Positions 44,762 to 53,452 of a stretch of DNA of 64,000 nt are shown piece by piece. Both the position numbers and the translations under genes were made by a program. The stretch's first letter is position 1. Every line of letters starts with the position of its first letter. The notes beneath the pieces are model-generated. The model was not told the DNA's origin. It saw nothing but the letters and a program-made list of their open reading frames with translations, and ran no database searches. The stretch is from Acidobacteriota bacterium (GTDB lineage: Bacteria; Bacteroidota; Ignavibacteria; Ignavibacteriales; SURF-24), in the NCBI GenBank assembly GCA_050258415.1, contig JBLMYS010000147.1:3246-67245 (forward strand), given 5' to 3'.

Positions 44762-46585
44762 TCAGGATTCCTCCTGCTGCAAATAAAAATAGAACACCGC
44801 CCCTTCACCCACCTTTCCCTCGGCCTTAATGCTACCCCCGTGCCGGTGTATAATTCTCTGAACTATGGCAAGGCCTATGCCCGAGCCTTCAAATTCCTTA
44901 GGTGTATGCAGGCGCTGAAAAGGCATAAAGATTCTGTCGGCGAATGCCTCATTGAAGCCCGCACCGTTATCGCGGATAAAGAACTGAGGCCTTCCATCAT
45001 AGATTGTGTCCCCGATTTCGATTTCAGCATTTTCGCGCTTTGCCGTAAACTTCCAGGCGTTTCCTATCAAATTCTGCAGCATTATCCTTATAAGGTTTTC
45101 ATCGGCTTTTAGCTTGAGGCCGGAATGTATAATAAAGTTAACATGGCGCTCAGTCTCATTCCTTTGTAACTCCTCTGCAATTTCCCTGGAAATGGAAGTA
45201 ATATCTACTTCCTTAATTTTCATTTCAGCCCTCGAAAGACGCGACAGGTTAAGCATGTCATCTATCAGAGCTCCCATGCGCTGGCTTGCATTACGTATCC
45301 TGTTAAGATAGTTCTTAGCCTGCTCATCCAGTTTGTCGGAGTAGTCCTCCAGGAGTGAGAGACTGAAGCCGTCGATTCCTCTTAAAGGAGCTTTCAAGTC
45401 GTGCGACACGGAATAGCTGAAGGCTTCCAGCTCCTTATTTGTCTCGTTAAGCTGATGCGTTCTTTCAAGGACCTTCTCTTCGAGTGTCTCATTCAGCTGT
45501 TTTATTTCAAGCTCCGACTTCTTCTTTTCAGTTATTTCCGTATTAACCACAACTCCCCCGATTACCCTCTCATCCATTATTATTGGTGCCGCGGCTGTTC
45601 TTAGAACCAGTTCTTTTCCTGTTTTGAGGTTTACAAGATTTATTTCCGAAGTGGCCCTCTCTCCCTTAAGCGCCAGTGCAAAGGGCATATTCTCTGGATT
45701 TACCTTCCTGCCCGAATCGGCATAACTAGCCCTGATCTTATCATAAAAATTTGGATCGCTGTTAAGCTCATCAAGACTGTCGATTCCTAGAAGCTCATAG
45801 GCTACAGAGTTAGCCTTTTTTAGTCCTGTTTCATCCCCCACAAATACTGCATCCGGGAGGCTTTCAAATATGGCGCTCAGTTCGGCAGCCCGCCTGCGTT
45901 CAGACACAAGGAATTTTTCCTTTTGCTCCTCGGCTTTTTTCCTCTGGGCTACTTCGGCTCTCAGTTTCCTGTTTGCCTCCTCGAGCTGTGCCGTCCTCTG
46001 CAGAACTCTCTTCTCAAGACTGGCATTAAGGCGCGTAATCTCCTCCTGAGCCCTATTCCTTTCCTGTATCTCTGTTTGCAGGTCCTCGTTTGTACTCTGC
46101 AGCATTAGCCTTCTTTCCTCAGAAAGCTTTGCATCCTGAATAATATTAATTATTCGGGGCACAACAGGCGGCAGAGCCACGGCAGTTGCAACGGAAGCTA
46201 CGGCCGTTACAAGCTTAATTCCTCCTGAAAGCCAGTAGTAAGCATCCCAGAGAGTTACAACGTCCATAAGATGCGTTGTTCCGCAGGTAATAATAAAAAT
46301 CCCGAAGGCAACAAACATTTTGGCAAAGGGGATATCTTTTCTCGTTTTATAAATGAGTCTCCCCAGGGTAGTTGTAATTGCCCAGTATGAAAGGCCGATT
46401 AAAGAGTCCGAAGCCGCATGGAGCCACACCAGGTCCGGCGTCCAGAAGTAACAGTTCCCGTGGGGCATATAATCCGCGCTGAAAAGGTTTTTCACGAGCT
46501 GCGGCCAGAAGTATATTAATGCCATGGAGGCAATAATAAGTCCCGTTTCATACCGCAATAAAAATATGCGTATATATCTAAACAT
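44762..46585 (-). CDS. Sensor histidine kinase with N-terminal ethylene-receptor-like (Cys/His) membrane domain, coiled coil, PAS, HisKA and HATPase_c
   Basis: 607 aa. aa 40-110 PHGNCYFW..ASDSLIGLSYWAITTTLGRLIYKTRKDIPFAKMFVAFGIFIITCGTTHLMDV is collinear with plant ETR1 [51 protein letters not shown]. H-box VSHDLKAPLRGI. GSGIGLAIVQRIIHRHGGSI. Confidence 0.8.
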   Translation of the reverse strand: MFRYIRIFLLRYETGLIIASMALIYFWPQLVKNLFSADYMPHGNCYFWTPDLVWLHAASDSLIGLSYWAITTTLGRLIYKTRKDIPFAKMFVAFGIFIITCGTTHLMDVVTLWDAYYWLSGGIKLVTAVASVATAVALPPVVPRIINIIQDAKLSEERRLMLQSTNEDLQTEIQERNRAQEEITRLNASLEKRVLQRTAQLEEANRKLRAEVAQRKKAEEQKEKFLVSERRRAAELSAIFESLPDAVFVGDETGLKKANSVAYELLGIDSLDELNSDPNFYDKIRASYADSGRKVNPENMPFALALKGERATSEINLVNLKTGKELVLRTAAAPIIMDERVIGGVVVNTEITEKKKSELEIKQLNETLEEKVLERTHQLNETNKELEAFSYSVSHDLKAPLRGIDGFSLSLLEDYSDKLDEQAKNYLNRIRNASQRMGALIDDMLNLSRLSRAEMKIKEVDITSISREIAEELQRNETERHVNFIIHSGLKLKADENLIRIMLQNLIGNAWKFTAKRENAEIEIGDTIYDGRPQFFIRDNGAGFNEAFADRIFMPFQRLHTPKEFEGSGIGLAIVQRIIHRHGGSIKAEGKVGEGAVFYFYLQQEES

Positions 46586-46731
46586 AGATGATCTTTCTTA
46601 AATTACCTTATTATATTCAATTTAGCCTCAGAGATTAAAATTGTTCAAGGTTAAAATCCGTAGTTAAGCCTGATGTATTTACAATTGCGGCATTATTTTC
46701 TAAATTATCTTTCAACAAGGAACTACGCACA

Positions 46732-47139
46732 ATGAAAAATAAATGGATACTTATTGCCGGAGTAATGGGATTTCTCGGTGTGGCGCTTGGAGCCTTCGGG
46801 GCCCACGGGCTAAAGAATTACCTGGGACCGCAGGATATAGACATTTACAAAACGGGAGTCTTATACCACCTGATACACAGCGCGGTACTTCTCTCAATAG
46901 GGTTCTATAATAATGCAAAACTAAATAAAGCCGCGGCTTTTATCTTTGCCGGAATTATTCTTTTCTCATTCTCATTATACCTCTATGCCATAACAGGCAT
47001 AAAGTTCCTTGCCTTCATCACCCCCATAGGAGGCGTGAGCTTCCTTATTGGCTGGGCCTTTATAGCATACTACGGAAATAAAAATCCCCCCGCCCCACGA
47101 GCTAAAGCTCATGGCTATTCAGCTGAGAAAGCCCGCTAA
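46732..47139 (+). CDS. DUF423-family small membrane protein
   Basis: 135 aa with four hydrophobic segments. GVALGAFGAHGLK motif typical of DUF423/YgdD-like proteins. The stop codon sits in the loop of a hairpin (47130-47147). Confidence 0.75.
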   Translation: MKNKWILIAGVMGFLGVALGAFGAHGLKNYLGPQDIDIYKTGVLYHLIHSAVLLSIGFYNNAKLNKAAAFIFAGIILFSFSLYLYAITGIKFLAFITPIGGVSFLIGWAFIAYYGNKNPPAPRAKAHGYSAEKAR

Positions 47140-47173
47140 AGCGGGCTCACAGAAATTTCCTGTCATACCTTTC

Positions 47174-47194
47174 CGACGGACCTCGGACGTCGGA
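47174..47194 (+). repeat. Heptamer array CGACGGA CCTCGGA CGTCGGA (CNNCGGA x3)
   Basis: Read directly. 47178-47196 (ggacctcggacgtcggacc) resembles 52684-52700 (ggaccggacgtcgggtc). Single cctcgga units occur at 61996-62002 and near 35031. Confidence 0.6.
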
Positions 47195-47344
47195 CCTTTC
47201 TTCCCCATGGCTTAAAATTTGAATCATATTAATGTTTAATGGGATTTGCCGGAATGCAGGATATCAAAAGCCCCAAAATAAGTTCTGTTTAAGTCTTTTA
47301 TTCTGCTTCCTAATGGCGAGCCATTCACTTTTACAGGTAAATTT

Positions 47345-47365
47345 TACATGTACATGTTACATGTA
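47345..47365. promoter_or_regulatory. Clustered ACATGT palindromes (TACATGTA-CATGT-TACATGTA), candidate operator
   Basis: Three ACATGT hexamers at 47346, 47352 and 47359. About 200 nt upstream of ATG 47567. Confidence 0.3.
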
Positions 47366-47472
47366 GCCCAAAAAGGACACAACAAACAGAGAATGTTACA
47401 GATAAATTTTGACTAAATAAAACAATGCCGCCCGTATGCTGGAACCATCCGGGCGGCGTAAATGCAAACACT

Positions 47473-47521
47473 AAGGCGGGGTCAACTTTCACCACTACGG
47501 GTGAAGTACGCCTTTTTGTTT
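47473..47521 (+). terminator. Terminator-like hairpin plus U-tract inside the upstream region of 47567-51085 (attenuator or 3' end of a small RNA)
   Basis: Outer aaggcg/cgcctt (47473-78 / 47509-14), inner tttcacc/ggtgaag (47487-93 / 47500-06), then tttttgttt. Preceded by an 8-bp GC hairpin gccgcccg/cgggcggc (47427-34 / 47450-57). Confidence 0.45.
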
Positions 47522-47566
47522 GCTCAGGCTAAAATAATAAAATCCACAACAAAAGGGGAGAGTTCT

Positions 47567-50500
47567 ATGAAGCTAAAAACTACAATTCTCATTCTAAGTC
47601 TCATAGCACTTCAGATCAGCCTGAAGGCTCAGGAGAAATGCCTTACTGCGCTGAACGTTCAGGAGCTTACGACACAAAACCCGCTGCTGGCATCCGGCAT
47701 GAATAACCTGGATATTTATATACAGGAGAAGATGCCGGAGGCCTTAAATCAGGTCGCCTCTGGCCAGATGAACCTTATCAGAATTCCCGTCGTCGTTCAC
47801 ATCGTCTATAACCCGGCAGTCTCTGAGGAAAATATCAGCGATCAGGATATCCAGTCACAGATAAGAATACTGAATGAAAATTTCAGGAAAAGCCTCGACG
47901 GCACAGATGCAATGATAGAGTTCTATCTTGCAGACATAGATCCTTCGGGCAATCCCACAAACGGCGTCACAAGAACAGCCACCAGCCACAACGCATTCTA
48001 CTGGCAGGTCAAGGACGGAAAAGACATGACAGCCGTTAAGTATTCTTCACTAGGAGGAATTGACGCCTGGGATACAGGACTCTATCTTAATATATGGGTG
48101 TGCGATTTAATGTACAATATGGGTGTAACTTACGGATACGCTCAACTCCCTTTCTACTCCGGAGACACACAGAGTGAACTTTATGAAAAAGCTTCCGATG
48201 GGATTGTAATAGACTATAAGGCTTTCGGAGGCGCTGGCTCTAAAAAATATCCCGGGGTCGACAGGGCGAGAACTGCAACACATCAGACAGGACACTGGCT
48301 GGGACTTAAGGACGCTCAGAGTAAATCTTCGGACCTGAAGCCTTCGGCAAACTACATGAACAGCAACCTCGACCAGAATACAAACTCATTTACAAAAGAA
48401 CAGATCGCCCTCATGCGCGCAGTGCTTGCGGGCCCCAGAAATTCACTTTTTAACCGTACACTCAGTATCTCTGTAAATATCGACCAGAAACTTACCGATA
48501 GCTCCTCGGTTGGAAGCATCGGAATGTGGGACGGCAGCTCTTTTGTCATGAAAAACAACCTTCCCGCTGCACTCAGCTTTAAGAAAGGCTCGTCTGTTGC
48601 ATTAAGGAGCGACAAGGAAGTTTACAATAATCAGAAATTCCATCACTGGACAGGCGCTTCGGTAGATGATATTCAGCAGATAATAAATGTTGATAACACT
48701 ACGGGTAAATCCCTCACTTCACAGTTTGAACCAGTCTACGATAGAGTTACAGTTAAAAACAGCCTGGAAGGAACTGATGTAACAGGTGGGCAAATAGGCT
48801 TTAAGGATCCATGGCTTATGGACTACAAAGATTCATCCTTTGCCGGTGAATTAAGGAACCAGGGAATGAATGCACCTCTAAAAGAAAAAACTTCTCCTTT
48901 TACTCCTTCATTTACAACGCCTAATAATGGGGACCTTCATAAGGGAGTATTCTTAAACCTGAGCACTTCATCTTCCAGCTATTATTCAGCAAAAGCTCCC
49001 GACATTCAGGATATACTCATTAACAGCGACGGGAAGCTTCACAAATTCTATTTCCAGAAATGGAATGGAAACGATGTAACTTTCGGTGATCAGTATTCAG
49101 CTGAAACTCCAGTTACATTTACCAGTGGAACTTCAACAGCAAACGCAGTTCTTAAAGGCACACACTTATCAGACAACCCGAATGCCTTTTCCGGCAACGG
49201 ACGGAGAAAATTCATTATGACTCCTGATGGCTATCTGCACCTCGTTTATTCCAGCATGGGAAAAGTATGGTATGAGGTAAGCAAGGATAAAGGAAAAAGC
49301 TGGATGCTCATGAATAACGGAAAGCCTCTTGATGAAGGATCGTCAAAACTCCCCTCCATAGACTACTATGAAAATAACGTTGTAATTGCATGGCAGAGCA
49401 TTGATAACTCAGGAAAATCAAATATTAAGCTCCAGGTATTCTCAAACGTTTCCGGTGAATACACAGCGCAGGCTCTGAGCATAATACCTATAGAAGAATC
49501 TTATAACACTGATGCGTCGCCTCTTGTTGCATGGGGCTACGCAGGGAAATCTGTTCTTCTCTGGGAGACAAAAGGAACTTATGGCGGCCTTGCATATAAG
49601 TATGGGCAGATAAGCAGCTCACAGATCTCATGGAGCACGGGCGGAACAATTCCGGGCACAGACAGCACGGCAGTAAGCGCCGCAGTTTCATCGGCAAAGG
49701 ATATAGCCTCACAGAACATTTTCAACCTCGCATGGCAGCAGGGCGAAATGCCTTATGCAATGATATATTACCTGAAGATGCAGTTAAACGATTTGGGCAT
49801 TATGGATGGAAATGCGCTTCCCTTCTTTCTTTCCATCTATGCTAACTTCAATACCAATGTGAGCCCTTCAATTATTTCCTTATCGGGCGGGGGTGCAAGA
49901 ATGGCGTGGAAAGGATATAATGAAATAGGTTCCGACTGGGGAGAGTACTACGTTGTTCTAGCTAATCCCGATAACCCCTGGTATATGCAGTATTTTAACA
50001 AGTATGCCGGACAGGTATATTCGCCTCAGATAAGCCTTGGAAGTGATACTTATATTGTTGGCTGGAGCGAGCCGATGGATAACCGTTATGAAGCAGTCTG
50101 TACAAACAGCAGCACTTCAATCGGATTGAAATCTATTTCAGGCGCAGACGGGCGCAATATTCAGATCAACAATGGGGGCATGAGCAGTGAGATGTTTGTA
50201 ACCGCCTTCCGTTCAGAAAATGCATCTCTTCCATACTCATTCATGCAGTCGGCAGCAATTGGTACGCCAACAGCAAATAAATCTTCCGAGGCTTTAAGCG
50301 GCAGGACAGTTGGACTCGTAAAAGATAAGGCACAGTTCTATCTCACTCTTGGAAACATTCAGTCAGACAAAGTGAATATTCATTTCAAAGAAGTAAGTAA
50401 TAAAAATGACAAATCAGCATTTACAAAATATCTCGAGACAGAACCTTTCCTGCTAAGCGATAAATCCGGTCTTTCATTTACTGCACGCTGCGGAGTGAAG

Positions 50501-51085
50501 GATTCGCTTGCAGCGGTAAAAGCCTTAAAAGACGGGAAGTATGCATCGTTCAAAGTTGAGATGGTTGATGATGCTTCAGGCGATGTACTTGGAAATTATT
50601 TTGATGCGAAGATAATGAAAGATAATTTTTTCAGCATGAAAGAATCCCGGTACAATGTAAACACTGATGGAATAGGAAACAAGCTTGTGAGCTTAAGGAT
50701 AGTTTCAGATAATAATATTGATGCGGAATATTTTATTGCCGACCGGTCAACAGGTAAAGAGGCAATGTTAACTCAGTCAGTAACATCAATGAATGTAAAT
50801 TATTCTGGCTCTGTAAAAGTAAATGAATATTCTTTATCGCAAAATTATCCGAATCCATTTAATCCTTCAACAGTAATAAACTATGAAGTGCCGAAAGCTT
50901 CAAATGTAACGATCCGCGTTTACGATATGTTAGGGAAAGAGGTTTCAGTGCTTGTTGACGGGTATAAAGAAGAAGGACGATACCAGGTCCAGTTCAACGC
51001 AAAAGACCTTCCGAGCGGAATGTATATCTACCAGATTAGAGCCGGTGAATACACCTCAGTGCGTAAGATGATGCTTCTGAAATAA
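47567..51085 (+). CDS. T9SS cargo: large secreted protein with degenerate M43 (cytophagalysin/pappalysin-like) metallopeptidase domain, central repeat region and CTD
   Basis: The track ORF starts at 47462. ATG 47567 (MKLKTTILILSLIALQISLKAQ) follows AAAGGGGAG and gives a signal peptide. IPVVVHIVYNP..ISDQDIQSQIRILNENF and YLNIWVCDL are M43-like. The zinc motif reads HQTGHWLGLKD (Glu replaced by Gln). CTD SQNYPNPFNPSTVINYEV. Confidence 0.8.
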   Translation: MKLKTTILILSLIALQISLKAQEKCLTALNVQELTTQNPLLASGMNNLDIYIQEKMPEALNQVASGQMNLIRIPVVVHIVYNPAVSEENISDQDIQSQIRILNENFRKSLDGTDAMIEFYLADIDPSGNPTNGVTRTATSHNAFYWQVKDGKDMTAVKYSSLGGIDAWDTGLYLNIWVCDLMYNMGVTYGYAQLPFYSGDTQSELYEKASDGIVIDYKAFGGAGSKKYPGVDRARTATHQTGHWLGLKDAQSKSSDLKPSANYMNSNLDQNTNSFTKEQIALMRAVLAGPRNSLFNRTLSISVNIDQKLTDSSSVGSIGMWDGSSFVMKNNLPAALSFKKGSSVALRSDKEVYNNQKFHHWTGASVDDIQQIINVDNTTGKSLTSQFEPVYDRVTVKNSLEGTDVTGGQIGFKDPWLMDYKDSSFAGELRNQGMNAPLKEKTSPFTPSFTTPNNGDLHKGVFLNLSTSSSSYYSAKAPDIQDILINSDGKLHKFYFQKWNGNDVTFGDQYSAETPVTFTSGTSTANAVLKGTHLSDNPNAFSGNGRRKFIMTPDGYLHLVYSSMGKVWYEVSKDKGKSWMLMNNGKPLDEGSSKLPSIDYYENNVVIAWQSIDNSGKSNIKLQVFSNVSGEYTAQALSIIPIEESYNTDASPLVAWGYAGKSVLLWETKGTYGGLAYKYGQISSSQISWSTGGTIPGTDSTAVSAAVSSAKDIASQNIFNLAWQQGEMPYAMIYYLKMQLNDLGIMDGNALPFFLSIYANFNTNVSPSIISLSGGGARMAWKGYNEIGSDWGEYYVVLANPDNPWYMQYFNKYAGQVYSPQISLGSDTYIVGWSEPMDNRYEAVCTNSSTSIGLKSISGADGRNIQINNGGMSSEMFVTAFRSENASLPYSFMQSAAIGTPTANKSSEALSGRTVGLVKDKAQFYLTLGNIQSDKVNIHFKEVSNKNDKSAFTKYLETEPFLLSDKSGLSFTARCGVKDSLAAVKALKDGKYASFKVEMVDDASGDVLGNYFDAKIMKDNFFSMKESRYNVNTDGIGNKLVSLRIVSDNNIDAEYFIADRSTGKEAMLTQSVTSMNVNYSGSVKVNEYSLSQNYPNPFNPSTVINYEVPKASNVTIRVYDMLGKEVSVLVDGYKEEGRYQVQFNAKDLPSGMYIYQIRAGEYTSVRKMMLLK

Positions 51086-51106
51086 TTACTTGGCTGGAAG
51101 GCTCAC

Positions 51107-51145
51107 AAAGGCAGAGGTCCTCCCAAGGGTCTCTGCCTTTTTTAT
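51107..51145 (+). terminator. Intrinsic terminator of 47567-51085
   Basis: 10-bp stem aaaggcagag/ctctgccttt followed by a T-run (tttttta). Confidence 0.8.
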
Positions 51146-51329
51146 TTAACCCGGCCGGATTCAAATGCTTCGGTCTGCGGTTCTCCTCAGAATGACTAAC
51201 AGCCTGAGGGGTATTTTAATGAATTAAGTTCACCCGCCTCGATTTTAATTTAATATTTATCTATCTTTTTATTCTGATTTTTCGAGACTCGTTTATCTTT
51301 TCCAAAATAAAATACAGGAGTCGTTTATT

Positions 51330-52583
51330 ATGGTTCCACGTCTCTCAGTACTTTTTTTGTTTCTTTTCACAACAGCCTCTTTTGCCCAGACGGGCACTGA
51401 GAATCCCGATTCATTGCTCCTCGAGGGCAATTTCCTCAAGCTTCAGGAAGTTCTCAGTAATGAAAACGCATCTAAGGCCGCCTCCTACCAGGGGATAATC
51501 GCTGCCGTAAAGGAAGTCACTAAACTGGATAATAAAGGCCTTCTGATCCAACAGGCTAAGAACTATACGAATAATTATAGGGAAGCCTTTGTGGGGATTT
51601 GGGCTTCAAAAGCTTTCATGAAATTCAAATCCTCGGCCGATAAAGGGAATGAGGATGAGGCAATCAGGTATTTCTACATTGCCCGTTTCTTTAAGAACAA
51701 TTATATCTCCGGCCTTAAAATCTCCCTGGACAGGGAATTCAAAGAGGCCCGGGAATGCTATAACCGCAGGGAATTTAACAGATCGCTTGAACTAAGCCAG
51801 TATGTTGAAAGTATAACCAACGGCAATCCATTCTTCGCTCAGTCGTTTAAGGACTCTGTTAAGTTCTTCAGCCTGAGGGTAAAAGAAAAATTTATGACAG
51901 ATGAGAAGGAGAAAAAAGACTGGCTCCTGGAGGAGAAAAATGATTATAGATTCAGTGTCACTTTAGGTGGCGGCCTGCTTTATTATCCCTCACTCACGCA
52001 GTACGATTTTATATATTTACTAAAAGACCCTATAAATCTGAAAAAGATACCATTGCACATACCGGCAAAGATAAAAGGAGAAGTGGGCTTCGGATATTCA
52101 TTTTCTGCGGGTTATAAAGTGCTGGATTACCTCAGGCTTAACTTTTTATATTCTGCCGGAAGTGTGAAATATAAAGAACTGGAACTGCCTCAAACCATAG
52201 GAAAAACCAGCCTTGAGGTTAAGAATTCAGATTTCCTCCTCTCAGCCAGATATTATCCTAAAACCACAGCGGGCATATGCCCCTATATTGGACTTGGTTA
52301 CGGATACAGCAGTTTTACAAGGAGCAGTTTTTCTTCTATAACCAAATACCGTAATTACCTGGCTAATTATGGTCAAATAGATCAGCTCATTGAGCTTTCG
52401 ATGCCTGAGAACAGTTTCAGTACATCAGTGTTAAATGCAGTTTTCGGCCTGGATTATGTTCCCTCTGCTGAGAGCCATTTTATGTACAACCTCGGCTTTT
52501 CCTTTGACAAGTCCTCTCAGGCTGATTACTTTCTTAAAGGATATAAATTGGCAGTTGGATTTTATGCAGGCATATTACTCTAA
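51330..52583 (+). CDS. Secreted hypothetical protein with helical N-terminal half and beta-barrel-like C-terminal half
   Basis: 417 aa. Signal peptide LFLFLFTTASFAQ. The C-terminal 200 aa show an alternating aromatic/Gly strand pattern (VGFGYSFSAGYKV, PYIGLGYGYSSF, AVGFYAGILL). Confidence 0.55.
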   Translation: MVPRLSVLFLFLFTTASFAQTGTENPDSLLLEGNFLKLQEVLSNENASKAASYQGIIAAVKEVTKLDNKGLLIQQAKNYTNNYREAFVGIWASKAFMKFKSSADKGNEDEAIRYFYIARFFKNNYISGLKISLDREFKEARECYNRREFNRSLELSQYVESITNGNPFFAQSFKDSVKFFSLRVKEKFMTDEKEKKDWLLEEKNDYRFSVTLGGGLLYYPSLTQYDFIYLLKDPINLKKIPLHIPAKIKGEVGFGYSFSAGYKVLDYLRLNFLYSAGSVKYKELELPQTIGKTSLEVKNSDFLLSARYYPKTTAGICPYIGLGYGYSSFTRSSFSSITKYRNYLANYGQIDQLIELSMPENSFSTSVLNAVFGLDYVPSAESHFMYNLGFSFDKSSQADYFLKGYKLAVGFYAGILL

Positions 52584-52699
52584 AAACGGATAGGATTTAT
52601 GAGAATATAAGTACCCGGGGTTGGTCATCCTGCGCGGATAGTTCCACACCCCGGGAGAATAGCCACGCTAAATCCGTTCTAAAGGACCGGACGTCGGGT

Positions 52700-53266
52700 C
52701 TATTTCACCACCCTAAGCCTGAAGAATACTTCCTCGGGCGAGAAGATGCCGGCAAAAAAGCGTTCATACATTACGGGCTCTATGTTTAATATCGGATCCA
52801 TCCACTTTAAGGGCGCAAAATGGGATGTTATAAACTTCTTTTCTATTATCTCAAACTGCGCCTTGCCTTCGTAATTCGTGCGGTGCGTCAGTTTCCACCT
52901 TTCGTAAAACTTCAGCTTCCTGTTCCCTATATACTCGTAATTGTCAAAGGTCCTTATTGAGAAAGGTATCTTGTGGTCGGGCTCCCCAAAATATTTCGTG
53001 TTCAGGAAAAATGGCGCATAAACAATTATAGTTGCATTGGGCTTTGCTATCCTGTAAAGCTCTGTTATGGTTTTATGAAAACTGTCCAGATGCTCCAGAA
53101 CATGTGAGGCAAATATCTCATCAAATGTGTTATCCTCAAAAGGATATGGAAACGTGTTTATATCGTGGATCATATTGCCGCCGTAATCCACAATGTCCAG
53201 ATTTATATACCCCTCTTTTAAGTCCCTTCCGCAGCCGAGATTCAGTTTCATATTAAATGCTTCCAT
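52700..53266 (-). CDS. Class I SAM-dependent methyltransferase
   Basis: 188 aa. LNLGCGRDLKEGYINLDI (motif I) and FDEIFASHVLEHL (Methyltransf_11-like). Confidence 0.75.
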   Translation of the reverse strand: MEAFNMKLNLGCGRDLKEGYINLDIVDYGGNMIHDINTFPYPFEDNTFDEIFASHVLEHLDSFHKTITELYRIAKPNATIIVYAPFFLNTKYFGEPDHKIPFSIRTFDNYEYIGNRKLKFYERWKLTHRTNYEGKAQFEIIEKKFITSHFAPLKWMDPILNIEPVMYERFFAGIFSPEEVFFRLRVVK

Positions 53267-53452
53267 TATTGAAAATTTGCACGATTTTTTCTGTAAAACA
53301 TAAGGCTTAACTTCCGAAAAGTCAAAGGTTAATGTTGCCTTAAATGCCTGAGGGCCTAATCGGCTTTAATTAAACTCTTTCCATCTGTACATTGTCTAAC
53401 ATATAGATTTAGATGAATAATGAAGTAAGTTTTAGATGAGAGAGATTTGAGT

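Noticed and set aside
47232-47366. 44-codon Cys-rich ORF (MFNGICRNAGYQKPQNKFC...) in the long intergenic region.
   Set aside because: It has no SD or promoter context and ends inside the ACATGT palindrome cluster. The composition is consistent with chance in AT-rich DNA, and this cannot be supported without conservation data.
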